Assembly (NCBI GenBank): GCA_016748015.1
Contig: JAAOMT010000183.1
Span: forward strand, 698,787-762,786
Direction of reading: 5' to 3'
Source of the DNA: Geosiphon pyriformis uo1
Lineage: Eukaryota > Fungi > Glomeromycota
Length of the DNA: 64,000 nt
Position 1 is the first letter of the stretch. Every line of letters begins with the position of its first letter. A program made the position numbers and the translations under genes. The notes under the pieces were generated by a model that worked only from the letters and a program-made list of their open reading frames with translations, searched no databases and was not told the origin of the DNA. Below are positions 39,801 through 51,386 of this stretch, piece by piece.

Positions 39801-39846
39801 TAATTATAATAAACAGTGACTAATTATAATAAACAGTGACTAATTA
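39801..39846. repeat. 20-bp tandem duplication
   Basis: TAATTATAATAAACAGTGAC twice. Confidence 0.9.
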
Positions 39847-39916
39847 GGAATAAAAATTTTGAAACAAATTTGAAAAGAATAAGGAAATTATTTTTGAATA
39901 TAGGAGTTTTATATGT

Positions 39917-40748
39917 TATTACTCATAGAATATAGAAAATATAGTATTATTAGTCAGTAGATATTAGCCAATCAGATGTAGACATAGTAATTGTAGAATT
40001 CCAAAATTCTTCTCAGAGGAATTGTAAGATTCCAGGAATTTCAGGATTCTCCGACAAGGAATCATAGGATTCCAGAATTCCAGAATTCCAAGATTCCTGT
40101 CGCAAGGAATCGAGGAATTGAGGAATCTCAAATATGTATATATAGCAGTAGCATTAAAAGCAGAAAAGACAAAATTAACACCAAGAATTCTTAGCTTAGT
40201 TACCACAATTCTCAAATAAATAATTATTCTTTATCTTAAATCAACTATTCACTATCAACACTTTATGTTGATAGTAATTGATACTTAACTACACTGGAAC
40301 AATAGCTCTTGATCACAGCTATTGATGGAATACTAACTTGCAAAATTGCCTTGGCTTATTTCCTTATATTTCTTTATTTTCTTTATGTTTCTTGATTTTG
40401 TTATTTGTGCACTAACCAATTGATTTAAAGTGCTGATTATTGATGTCAAGGATTATCTGGTAAAAGACCCCTGTGAGTGAGTAGAACATGTACAGAAGAT
40501 ACAGATTACTTACCAGAGGATTGCCAGCCACCAAGCTGAGAAAAAAATTGACAGACTTGTGAATCTGAGAAGCTATGGATAAAAACAACTATTAAATCTC
40601 TGTTCATTATACAAAAAACTCAACCCAAAACCTTCAGATATCAAAACCTTCAGATTACCAATACCAACACCAACAGAAATTAATCACTTTTGAGCACCGA
40701 GTTATGGGTTTAGTATTCACTCAACACCCCAAAAAAACATTTGTAACA
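39917..40748 (+). repeat. 5' LTR of F (832 bp) with CCAAT box, GAATTCC-type array and TATA
   Basis: Direct repeat of 49290-49934 plus about 187 extra bp. Confidence 0.95.
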
Positions 40749-40750
40749 TT

Positions 40751-40767
40751 TGGTACTTCCTGTAAGG
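40751..40767 (+). promoter_or_regulatory. PBS (transition-mutated version of the D PBS)
   Basis: TGGTACTTCCTGTAAGG versus TGGTGCTCCCTGTGAGG. Confidence 0.75.
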
Positions 40768-40810
40768 TATAATCTTACAGAGAACCAACCCCAACAAACA
40801 TCATCCAAAA

Positions 40811-43800
40811 GTGGCAAAATCAGAAAATATAGGAGCAAACCATTTAGGATTTGCAAAATCCTTATTTCAATACTATTGTCAACACTTGGGATTAAACCAC
40901 AATCATATATCCGCCGAATCAGCCTTTAATTTCTACATCAATAAAAAGATTTTCTCTTTGTTAGGAACACCAGTGAATACAGAATCAGCAAGGGAAACTT
41001 TCTACAGAGAATTAATTCAAAACACCAACCTACCAACAAATTATAATTTCACATCCATTATCACTGAGATCAACAAAGAAATTAAACATCACACTCAACA
41101 AAGATATCCAATTACATATGCTAGTAAAGGCAAAGGAAAACTACAAACACCAACAATAATTCCCAGAAAAATACAACTACCTACTTGGAAGAAGACAAGA
41201 GTTAAATCACCAACCAATTCATCTTATCACTATACATCCAGAAGCACCATCAACATTTTATCAACAGGCATATCCACATCAAACATGACATCAGTATTTG
41301 AACAATTCTCATTCCAAAGTAATCAAAGAAAAACAGAATTATTAGGACCATACGGCAAATACTTTGAAGGATTTAAATCGCAATCACCAATGCTCTCAGG
41401 AATTTGATCACTGCTGTCTCAACTGGACTTTGGAACCACTACCTCATGAGAACTATCTGAAAAAGAAGAGGAAGAAGAATCAGAAGATCAAGAATTTACT
41501 TACCAGAACCTGATCACTGAAAACTCGAAAGTTGAAACACTGAATCTTCAAACCCAGCAAAATTTAAATTTAGAAGACCTGGAAATTGAAACTCCAAATA
41601 TTCAAGAACCACTAAATCAAAACAATCAGAACCCCAATCTAATTAATCAACCAGACTTATCTTCCATGATTGTTATTAAACTACTACCAGTTGAACTGAT
41701 TGGCCAGCCACCACAACAACCACACCAGCAGATTCAACAACCACTAGTACTACTTCAACAACCATCACAACCCAACTTAGATCCAATGACATATGCACCA
41801 ATAGTCAAATTTGAGAAATTTACTAGCGAAGAGAATGACACTTAAGCTTGGATTAACAACATCACCAAAGCAATTACCATCAATAAATGGGATGATGCCA
41901 GAGCCATACAAGTCATCCTCTATTTTCTTAAAAACACGACAGACTCTTGGTATTACAGTCTAGCCCAAAAATCTCAAAACTTTAATGCCTTCAAATTGGA
42001 ATTTTTAAGGTATTTTAGTGATAACAACAGCATTAACTGTTTGGCAAGTACTTTCACCACCATCAAACAAGAAGACACAGAAGCAGTTACCACTTACTTG
42101 GGATGCTTCCATAGAAATCTGTGCCAAATTCAGGCAATTCAAGCTGACTACTTTACAGTGCCACAGATCTTGAACCAATTCATCCAAGGATTGCACAGTA
42201 GCATCCTCCAGTAAGTACATCCAATGCATCCAGTTGATCTTCCAATCGCCGTGACTCATGCCAGAGATTTTGAAGCCGCCGAGTTAGAAGCTAACCATGC
42301 CAAGCTGTGAATTTAGTAATAAATGGATTATCTAACCTGGATTCCAAGCTAAAACAATTCAGTGACAACATCAATTAGAAATTAGAGGGCTACTTAGCTG
42401 ACAATCATGCAATTTATTAACCACCCCAATAATGTAATAATTTAGGAAATGCAAATTGTTTCCAGAATCAATCACATCCAGGATCATTCACTAATTAGTC
42501 ATGACAGCCAGAAACATGTGTCTACTACAACTGTAGTAAACAAGAGCATATTAGGACAAACTACCATACTTATAGCAACCCATGATCGGGAAACCCTTAT
42601 CGAAACTCTGATCACCGGTTTCAGACTTTGAATCACCAATCCAATCAAGAGCAATATTAAAACACTTACCTGCCTATAATGCAGCCACTAATTTATCAGC
42701 CAACAATGTATCAACTGCCAATTTATCAGTCACAGCCACCAACAATTTATCAACTGCAGCCACAAGTCATTTATTAGCTGTAGTCTCAAGTAATTTATCA
42801 ATCCCAACAAGTTTAAATGCTGCACCAAAACTCAGTGATGATAATGTCAAGAAACCCGAGATCCAGAATTACCCAAAACTGGAGATCAGCGATGGTTATT
42901 CATCAACTAATCCCCAGTTCATCAGGCCAATAATCAAGATCTTGTTAGTGGGATTCAGGTATTGGTTCCACCCAAAACCCGAATTCCCAGAACTATTTAA
43001 GTCTCCTGGTTACCTCAGAAGATGTCATTTTCAACAACCCAGAACTTGATTAACAATCAACAATACATACCACCAGCAATTATTACCAATGACAAATTTT
43101 TAGCAGCCATCTTTCTGTTTGAACTCGAGGAAGTTACGTCAGTCTCCTTATTTAGTGGAGCAGCTCTGGAAGAAAAACCCATTACTGTCATGTACACTAA
43201 TGCAAAAGTTGATGGCCATTTCATAAAGTTAATTCTTGACAGTGATTCAGCAGGCAGCATTATCACATGACAATTCATGGATCAATTAGGTCACCAAGTT
43301 GATTAAGCTGCCAGTGCTAGAATCATCACTGCCAATGGCACCATGAAAACGCCTATTGGTGAAATTAACGACTTTCCAATTGAAGTTAATGACATTATTA
43401 CTCTCATTAAAGTCTTGGTAATGGAAGCAACCCAATACCAAGCACAGGTGAGCAATGATTGGTTGTCTAAAAACAATGCCATCCTCAACTAGACCACACA
43501 AGAGCTTTAGCTCAGCCAAAATAGCCAGTATACGCGAGTACTAGCAATGTGTGGCCATTTTAAACCTAACAATGTCATGACATCAGTGCCACTTATCAAC
43601 CTCAAGGAAGAAAAACTAAAGCCTACTTGGGAGGCATACCAGGTATCGTGGGCTGATGTCGACCACAATGAACTGCCACCAATACTCACCTGAGATGACA
43701 ATAATAATGGAAAGGAGAAACAAAGAAAAGAACCTATCTGTAAAACCACTATCAACACTTGGACCAATGACAAGACCACCACAAGTTAACACTAATACTA

Positions 43801-46800
43801 TCATGAGATGACAACTCCAAGAGAAAGCAAAGAGAGGAACTTATCTAGGAAACGGATGACCTGACCTGGACCAATAACGATGAAAGGGAACTGATACCAA
43901 GCTGGGAATGGGAAGAAAGCAACAAAGGGAAAAAAAAAGCAAAAGAAGAAGAGCCACTGCCAACAAATCCGTATACCTCCTATCAATACACAACACCACA
44001 ACAATTCACCTATCGCCGACCCAAACTAGTGTGCATCGATTGCGGCAAGAAATTGTCATCAATGGGCACATGCTGTGGCAATAACGAAGAATATCAGACA
44101 GCAACCAAGTTCTATTGCTGTGCATGCCTCGTTGAACACTTTGGAAGACCAAAACAAGTGGGAAAATGGGATAATACACCATGTTTAGCCTGTAGAGAAA
44201 CTCTTCTCAATGAAGGAATGTAGAACAACATTTCTGGGAGAGGAGGAATGTACAACATCTCCTGCCAATACACAATCCTTATCAGTGACTGAGTCGAGAA
44301 AGGGACACCAATAGAAGCTGCCTAGAGAAGAGCTGTATAACAATTGAACAGTTGTTCACACAACAACAATGAATTATGGTGGATGGCAATCGCCAAAATT
44401 GAAGGCGCGTCACCAGAAGAAATCAGGACAATTAAAAACAATCCACCAGAACCCATCGAGCTTGACTGAGATGCAGAGCCAGTCATAAATTTCCTGGAAC
44501 CAGAAGAGTTCCATAAACACTACCAAAACTTGGCACTCACTAGAGAAAAGCAAGAACAATGGCTAGCACAGTTGAATACAAGACTGTATCACCATTGTTT
44601 AATTTCCAGTAACTTTGAATATTGTGATGATTGTGATCTCATTTACAATTCACCACCACGCATAATCTACACAATTCCTGAAGAGGAAGAACCAATTAAC
44701 AGATGCGCATCGGAGTTGGAATCACCATTCAATCCCGATTCAAACTCTGACAACAACAACAACAAGAATAATGGTTACAGCTCCATTCAAAATGGCAATG
44801 ACAATGACAACAATATCAACTCAGATTCAAACTCTGACTCAAACTATAAACAATATATTGCACTTCTTGACCTCACCAAGGAACAAGAGCTGAAATGGTT
44901 CAGCGATAATAATGAAGATATCATGCCAGAACACGTGCATGATACTGATGCCAGATTTAACTTGAGGTATTCAGGAAAAGATGCCATCAAATTGGAACCA
45001 CATTTGTGCACCTGCATTGATCTGAAAAGAGTGCTGGAAATTCCAGCAACAACAATAGTTCAACTAGCATCCCAGAGTAGTTTAGCAAAAAGAGGGATTA
45101 ATATAAGAAAAGGAATAATTAATGCGGGATATATAGGAAATATCATTGTTGTGCTACAAAATGACTCAAAAAAGGCTTATATAATAGAGCCAAATGAAAA
45201 GATAGCACAGGCAATATTTTTACCTTTGGTTAAGATAGCTTAGTTAGTACCAGTGGGAAATAGGGAAGAGTTAGGAATAACAGCAAAAGGAATACAGGGA
45301 TTTGGATCAATGAGTAGAATAGATGTACCAGTTAATATGGCAGAGGAATAAATTGTTGGCCAAAGAAAAATTATCTCAACCAGTCAAGCTATTTCCATTC
45401 CACCATATAGCCAGTACATGCTAGCAATAGAAAGGAAAGAAAAAGAGCAAGAACAAATTTTTGAAGCTGAAGCAAACCTTTGTGAATCAGAAGAAATTGA
45501 ACTGATCAATCTCTACATATCAGCCAAAAGCTATAGCTGCATAAAAATTCCCATCTACAACAATACTGGCAATATTATCAACATACCAGAAGGAACCACC
45601 ATCGGATATTTAACCACAGAAATAGAAGACCAAATTCCAAACCCCATTCCAGACTTTTTACAACTTTGTGGATATGTCAACATCACATCACAAACAATCT
45701 ACGGATGAAACAAATGTTATTTGCTCCAACCAGAACAATTAAAACAAATGAACATGGGAAATTTAGATTCACTACAACATATGCAGCTCAAGATATTACT
45801 CAACAATTTCAATGACATCTTTGTTAGTGAAAACGAATTTGACAGAACTGACATCATCCAACATCAAATCAAGACTGAAGATGCAATGCCAATTAAACAG
45901 CAAGCATACAGGGTACCACCAGCCAGTCATGAAATCATTTGTCAAGAGATCAATTGAATGCTTGACAATGGACTAATCCAGCCATTTATGAGCTCATGGT
46001 TATTACCAGTGGTACTTGTCTGGAAAAAGAATGAAAAAATTTGCTTTTGTGTGGATTATAGAAAACTCAATGGAGTAATTCGTGGAGATAGCTATCCTAC
46101 TCCATGAATCCAAGAATTATTTGATGCTTTTGGTAGAAACAAATGGTTTTCAATATTAGACCTAAACAGTGGTTACTGGCAAGTAGCCATGGATTCAGCT
46201 GACAAAGAAAAGATGGCATTTACCACCAGAGAAGGGAATTTTGAATTTGAAGTAATGCCATTTGGCTTAACCAATGCACCAGCCACTTTCCAACGGCTAA
46301 TGGAAATTGTTTATACTGGCTTATTGTGGAAATCAGTAGTTGTATACTTGGACAACACCAATGTATTCTTAAAAACATTTGATGATCATCTTTATCATCT
46401 TCAATAGGTGTTCAAAAGACTAAAAAGAGCAGAACTAAAGTTAAATGCAACAAAGTGCTTTTTTGGCAAGACAGAACTAAAATTCTTGGAACACATAGTC
46501 AGCAAAGATGGCATCAAAACAGATCCAGAGAAAATAGAGATAGTAAAAAACTTTCCAGTGCTAATCAATATGACAGAACTGAAATCATTCTTGGGATTTA
46601 CTAGCTACTACTGACATTTTATCAAGAACTTTTCTAAGATAGCGCAGCCACTCAACCAAATGCAAACCAAGAATACAAAATATAAATGGACAAAAAGTTA
46701 GCAAAAAGCTTTTGATATTCTGAAAAAAAAGCTTATTCAAGCTTCAGTACTAATCTATCCAAATCACAGTAAACCATTCATCATCACCACCGATGCATCC

Positions 46801-47148
46801 AGCCAAGCATTGGGAGTGGTACTATCTCAGAAAGGACCAGATGGCAAAGAACATCCAGTAGCATATGTCAGCAGAGATTTAACACCAGCCAAAAAGAACT
46901 ATGGAACACCAAAACAAAAACACTTAGCAATATACTGGGCAGTCATGAAATGGAAAGAATACTTGAACCAGAAATTTGAAGTATACACAGATCACAAAGA
47001 ACTAACATCACTTCAAAAACAAGAATTTGGAGATGAAAGACAGTTAAGATGGAAAATGACACTCATGCCATATAATTATACTATACATTATAAAAAGGGA
47101 AAAGACAACAAAAATGCTGACAGTTTGTTGGAAATGAGACAAATTTAA
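40811..47148 (+). pseudogene. gag-PR-Cys-rich-dUTPase-RT-RNaseH polyprotein of F
   Basis: Capsid from ~41785, knuckle ~42520, ILDSDSAGS ~43235, dUTPase 44935-45320, RT YLDN(T) ~46345, RH ending NADSLLEMRQI*. Confidence 0.9.
44935..45320 (+). pseudogene. dut: dUTPase domain of F
   Basis: TDARFNL, QSSLAKRG, GIINAGYIG, KIAQAI, GIQGFGS. Confidence 0.9.
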
Positions 47149-47210
47149 GAATATTTCAACCCAAAAATATAACAAAACCAGAACAATATCAACAAGAAAT
47201 ATAACAAAAG

Positions 47211-48593
47211 ATGAACATACAAAAATATCAACAACTACAACATTATATAAACACTCAACAGTTCAAGGAGAATTTATCTCAAACAGAATGAAAGAGTATC
47301 AAACAACAATCAAAATATTTTATCACTCACCAAAATATATTTTATTGGAAAAATAGAAAAGATTTAGAACAACCAACCAGAGTAATTACAAAGCCAGAAA
47401 AAAAGACAATATTATTCAACATGCACTCAAATTCAACAGCAGGACACTTTCACAAAGAAGCAACCATGAAAAGAACCAGAAAAAGATACTATTGGCCATC
47501 AATGTATTCAGACATCATCCAATATGTTCAAAATTGTGATGCTTGTCAGTGAAGAGGAGGTATGAAACTTAGTAAACTATTAAGACCAATCAAAGTAGAA
47601 CAACCATTCGACCATATTGGAATTGATTTAGTCAGACCATTAACAATCACCAGCAGAGGAAACAGATACATAGTAGTAGCCATAGACTATCTCACTAAAT
47701 GGCCAGAGGCAAAAGCAATTCAAAAAGCAGATGCAGAATCCATTGCCGAATTCGTTTATTAAGATTTAATTTGTTGACACAAATGTCCAAAGGAATTATT
47801 ATCAGACCAAGGAACTCATTTTGTGAACAGAACATTAACAGAATTGAACCAAAGATTTGGAATTAAGAGACCACTATCATCACCATACTATCCACAAACC
47901 AACAAATTAGTCAAAAGATTCAACAGAACATTGTGTGAAGCAATAGCTAAGCTCAGCCAAGAAAACCAGAACGATTGGAATTTGTTGATACCATCAGTAC
48001 TATTTGCTTATCAGACAATGAAGCAAGATACCACACAAGCAACACCATTTGAATTAATATATAGTAGAACAGCAACACTATTAGTGGAAATAGAAGTCAG
48101 CACATACCCAACCAAACCAATAACAAAAGAGAATTTCAAAAACACATTGTTGAAAAGAACATATGACTTAATGGAAACATTAGAAAATAAACAATGAAAA
48201 GCAGCTAATAACATACAAAAATCACAAGAGAAACAAAAAGAAAGACATGATAACCAACTACCAGATAAACCAGTTGAATTCAAGATTGGAGACAAAATAC
48301 TATTACATCGTATAAAAGTGGAAAAACAATGGAGTGGAAAATTTGACCCCAAATAGAACAGACCATTTTACATAGAAGAAATTCTAGGAAATGGAGCTTA
48401 CAAATTAAGATTGAATAACAAAATCTTGACCAAAGCAGCACATGGAAATCAACTGAAACCATACCACCATATAGCATCATTATTTACTAGTAATATTCTA
48501 CAATTAAGAGTACAGAGAATACTAGTCCAACCAGATGAGATTTCACAAAATCTAGAACCAATCATTATTATTGACAACAACACATCTAATTGA
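47211..48593 (+). pseudogene. Integrase ORF of F with its own ATG
   Basis: ATG 47211 in frame with ORFs 47562, 47823 and 48411; MHSNSTAGH..CDAC, GIDLV, SDQG. Confidence 0.85.
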
Positions 48594-48616
48594 TCAACAA
48601 AAGAATATATAAGAAC

Positions 48617-49276
48617 ATGGTTGACGTGACAGAAGAGATCAGAGAAATGGAAATTACAGACAATATTTATTCACTAGCCCAACAAATTTTTCAATTAATC
48701 CAACACCAGGGGATAGAAATTACAATCAATCAACAAACCATCCATTACAAAAATACAGCAAAAATACCACAAAACAAAGCACAAAAAAAACTTGAAAATG
48801 TTGTTGACAAGATCATGACCAAGATAAAATTGGCCATGAAAGAACAACAAATAGTCGGATTATACCAAGAACTTACCAGAGAAACTTGGACTTGGTGGAC
48901 ACAACAATTTCCAAAAAACTATTGTCATTTTCACTTGGGATAACACGTAAATATCCAGAATTTGTACATCAACAAAACAAAATGGTTATTTGACACAACA
49001 ATACTAAGACAACTGGAACAATTTGTGACAAAAAACAATCTAACCACACAAGCTCGAGCCATTTACCAGCTATATATGGGATTTTAAGACTGACCAGAAA
49101 TCTTATTCAACACAGCAATGGATACAGTTATGAGTAATTAATTGGGAAAAATGACCAATACTCAATTTGAAGAACTACAAACTAAAATAACACAAGTAAT
49201 ACTCGAAAAAAAAGTTCAAAAAATAATTCAAGAAAGAAAATTAAAGGAATTAGATTTTGATGGAGCTCAATATTAA
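48617..49276 (+). pseudogene. ORF3 accessory protein of F
   Basis: One frame from ATG 48617 to TAA 49276 with four internal stops of transition type. Confidence 0.75.
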
Positions 49277-49289
49277 AAGGAGGGAATAA

Positions 49290-49934
49290 TGTTACTCATA
49301 GAATATAGGAATCTCAGATATGTATATATAGCAGTAGTGTTAGAAGCAGAAAAGACAGAATTGACACCAAGAATTCTTAGCTTAGTTACCACAATTTTCA
49401 AATAAATAATTATTCACTATATCAAATTCACTTGTCACTATCAACACTTCATGTTGATAGTAATTGATACTTAACTACACTGGAACAATAGCTCTTGATC
49501 ACAGCTATTGATGGGATACTAACTTGCAAAATTGCCTTGGCTTATTTCCTTATATTTTTTTATTTTCTTTATATTTCTTGATTTTGTTATTTGTGCACTA
49601 ACCAATTGATTCAAAGTGCTGATTATTGACATCAAAGATTACCTGGTAAAAGACCCCTGTGAGTGGGTAGAACAAGTACAAAAAATATGGATTACTTGCC
49701 AGAGGATTGCCGGCCACCAAGCTGAGAAAAAAATTGACAGACTTGTGAATCTGGGAAGCTATAGATAAAAACAACTATTGAATCTTTGTCCATTATACAA
49801 AGAACTCAACCCAAAACCTTCAGATATTAAAACCTTCAGATTATTAATACCAACACCAACAGAAATCAATAGCTTTTGAGCACCGAGTTACAGGTTTAGT
49901 ATTCACTCAACACCCCAAAGAAACACCTGTAACA
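49290..49934 (+). repeat. 3' LTR of F (645 bp; U3 array absent)
   Basis: TGTTAC...GTAACA after the PPT. Confidence 0.95.
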
Positions 49935-50397
49935 ATGTTTTTGGGTTTGGGTATTTTTTGTAATTATTTACTATTTTTGTTTTACATTTGTAGATTACTA
50001 AAAAAGTTATAATATTAAGTTAAGTATTTAAGTTTGGGTGTTGTTTTATTACAACTATTGATTTTAAGTTTCGGAAAATATCTTTAAAATTAATTAAAAA
50101 AAATGTGTACCAATTTGTGAAATTAATAATTCAGGTTTGTTTCTAAAATAATAATATTTCAATCAATTTTTATGTACAACTTTTGCTAAGACTTTGTCAT
50201 CAAGTCTTGACTTATATAATCTATTGCTTAAAATTTCATAAATATAGAATGGTTTATCCTATTTATGTTCAATTTTTCTACTCTATTGTTTTTTAGTCTT
50301 AGTTTTGTATAAGAAAACTTTGTTTTCAATTTTAAATTTATTAATGACTAATGACAATTTGTTGTTATGTTATTTTTTTTGTTGATCTTAAGAGTAT

Positions 50398-51386
50398 TAT
50401 TACTTAAATAGAAAAACTAATTCAAAGTTATGAAAAAAACATGACCAAAAACATGATGACATAAAATAACACAGAATAATGTGAAAAAACACAAAATAAT
50501 ATGTAATAACTCAAGATAATATAATACAAAACTTGATAACATATTATAGCATGAAATAACTAGTTAAAATATAGAATAACTAGTAATAACATAAAAAAAC
50601 AAAGTAATAATAGAAATAGCAAAGCAATAACTAGCAAGAACAAAACAATTAAAAAGCAATTCTGTAGAACAAAAAAATATATAAAAATAAGTAGTTATAG
50701 AAGTTAAAAAAATAGCAAAAAAGAATCAATTTCTTTTTACCTGTATTTGTTACATATCTTTTGGTTCTACTTATATTTTATTTTACTAAAATAAAAAAAA
50801 TATTAAACAATTTCAAAATCTATGTTTATATGATTTTCACATTCACGTATTTCAGCTAAATTAGTTTTGTTTTTACTTTTGTTCCTGGCCAGATGTTCTT
50901 AGCATAAATGTTTTAAACTCTTAACAACTTGAATCATAGTAATTGACAATATTAATTTATTTTTATTTTATTTTATTTTATTTTATTTTATTCTCTTTTG
51001 TGGAGTGGCAACATAAAAAAATTGACTGTCTGGAAATAGATTTTATAATAGCTTAGTAAAAGAAAAAAGCTCCTTCTAGGTTTAAATATTAATATTATCT
51101 TAGTAGCTTACTAAAAGAGTAAAAAGACACCATTAAACCCTAATAACTGTACTTGTTAGCTTGAAAAAGATAGTTCACATTTACATACAAAAAGTTGTAA
51201 CACCAGAAAATATTTTTCTATGCCTTATAACCAAAAAATTCTATGAATAAATTCATAACAATTAAAAAAAACCTTCAAAAACTAATAACTAGAAACAGTC
51301 ATATTGTAAAGATTATTTAAAGACATTATTACTTAAACTAAAGCACCAAATATTACCACCATACTCCACCAAGTTTATCTGTAACA
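50398..51386 (+). repeat. Solo LTR (family E) inserted in the integrase of C; degenerate 4-bp TSD GTAT/ATGT
   Basis: TATTAC...GTAACA termini; the flanks rejoin as A-family integrase sequence; contains a (TTTTA)n tract. Confidence 0.85.

Larger units (their letters stand above)
39917..49934 (+). mobile_element. Full-length Ty3/gypsy element F with dUTPase; TSD ATGT
   Basis: LTRs 39917-40748 and 49290-49934, PBS 40751-40767, gag-PR-Cys-dUTPase-RT-RH, IN, ORF3, PPT AAAAGGAGGGAA; ATGT at 39913-39916 and 49935-49938. Confidence 0.97.

Noticed and set aside
40060-40100. Heat-shock elements in the F LTR array
   Set aside because: Only two-unit TTCnnGAA matches; no three contiguous alternating nGAAn units
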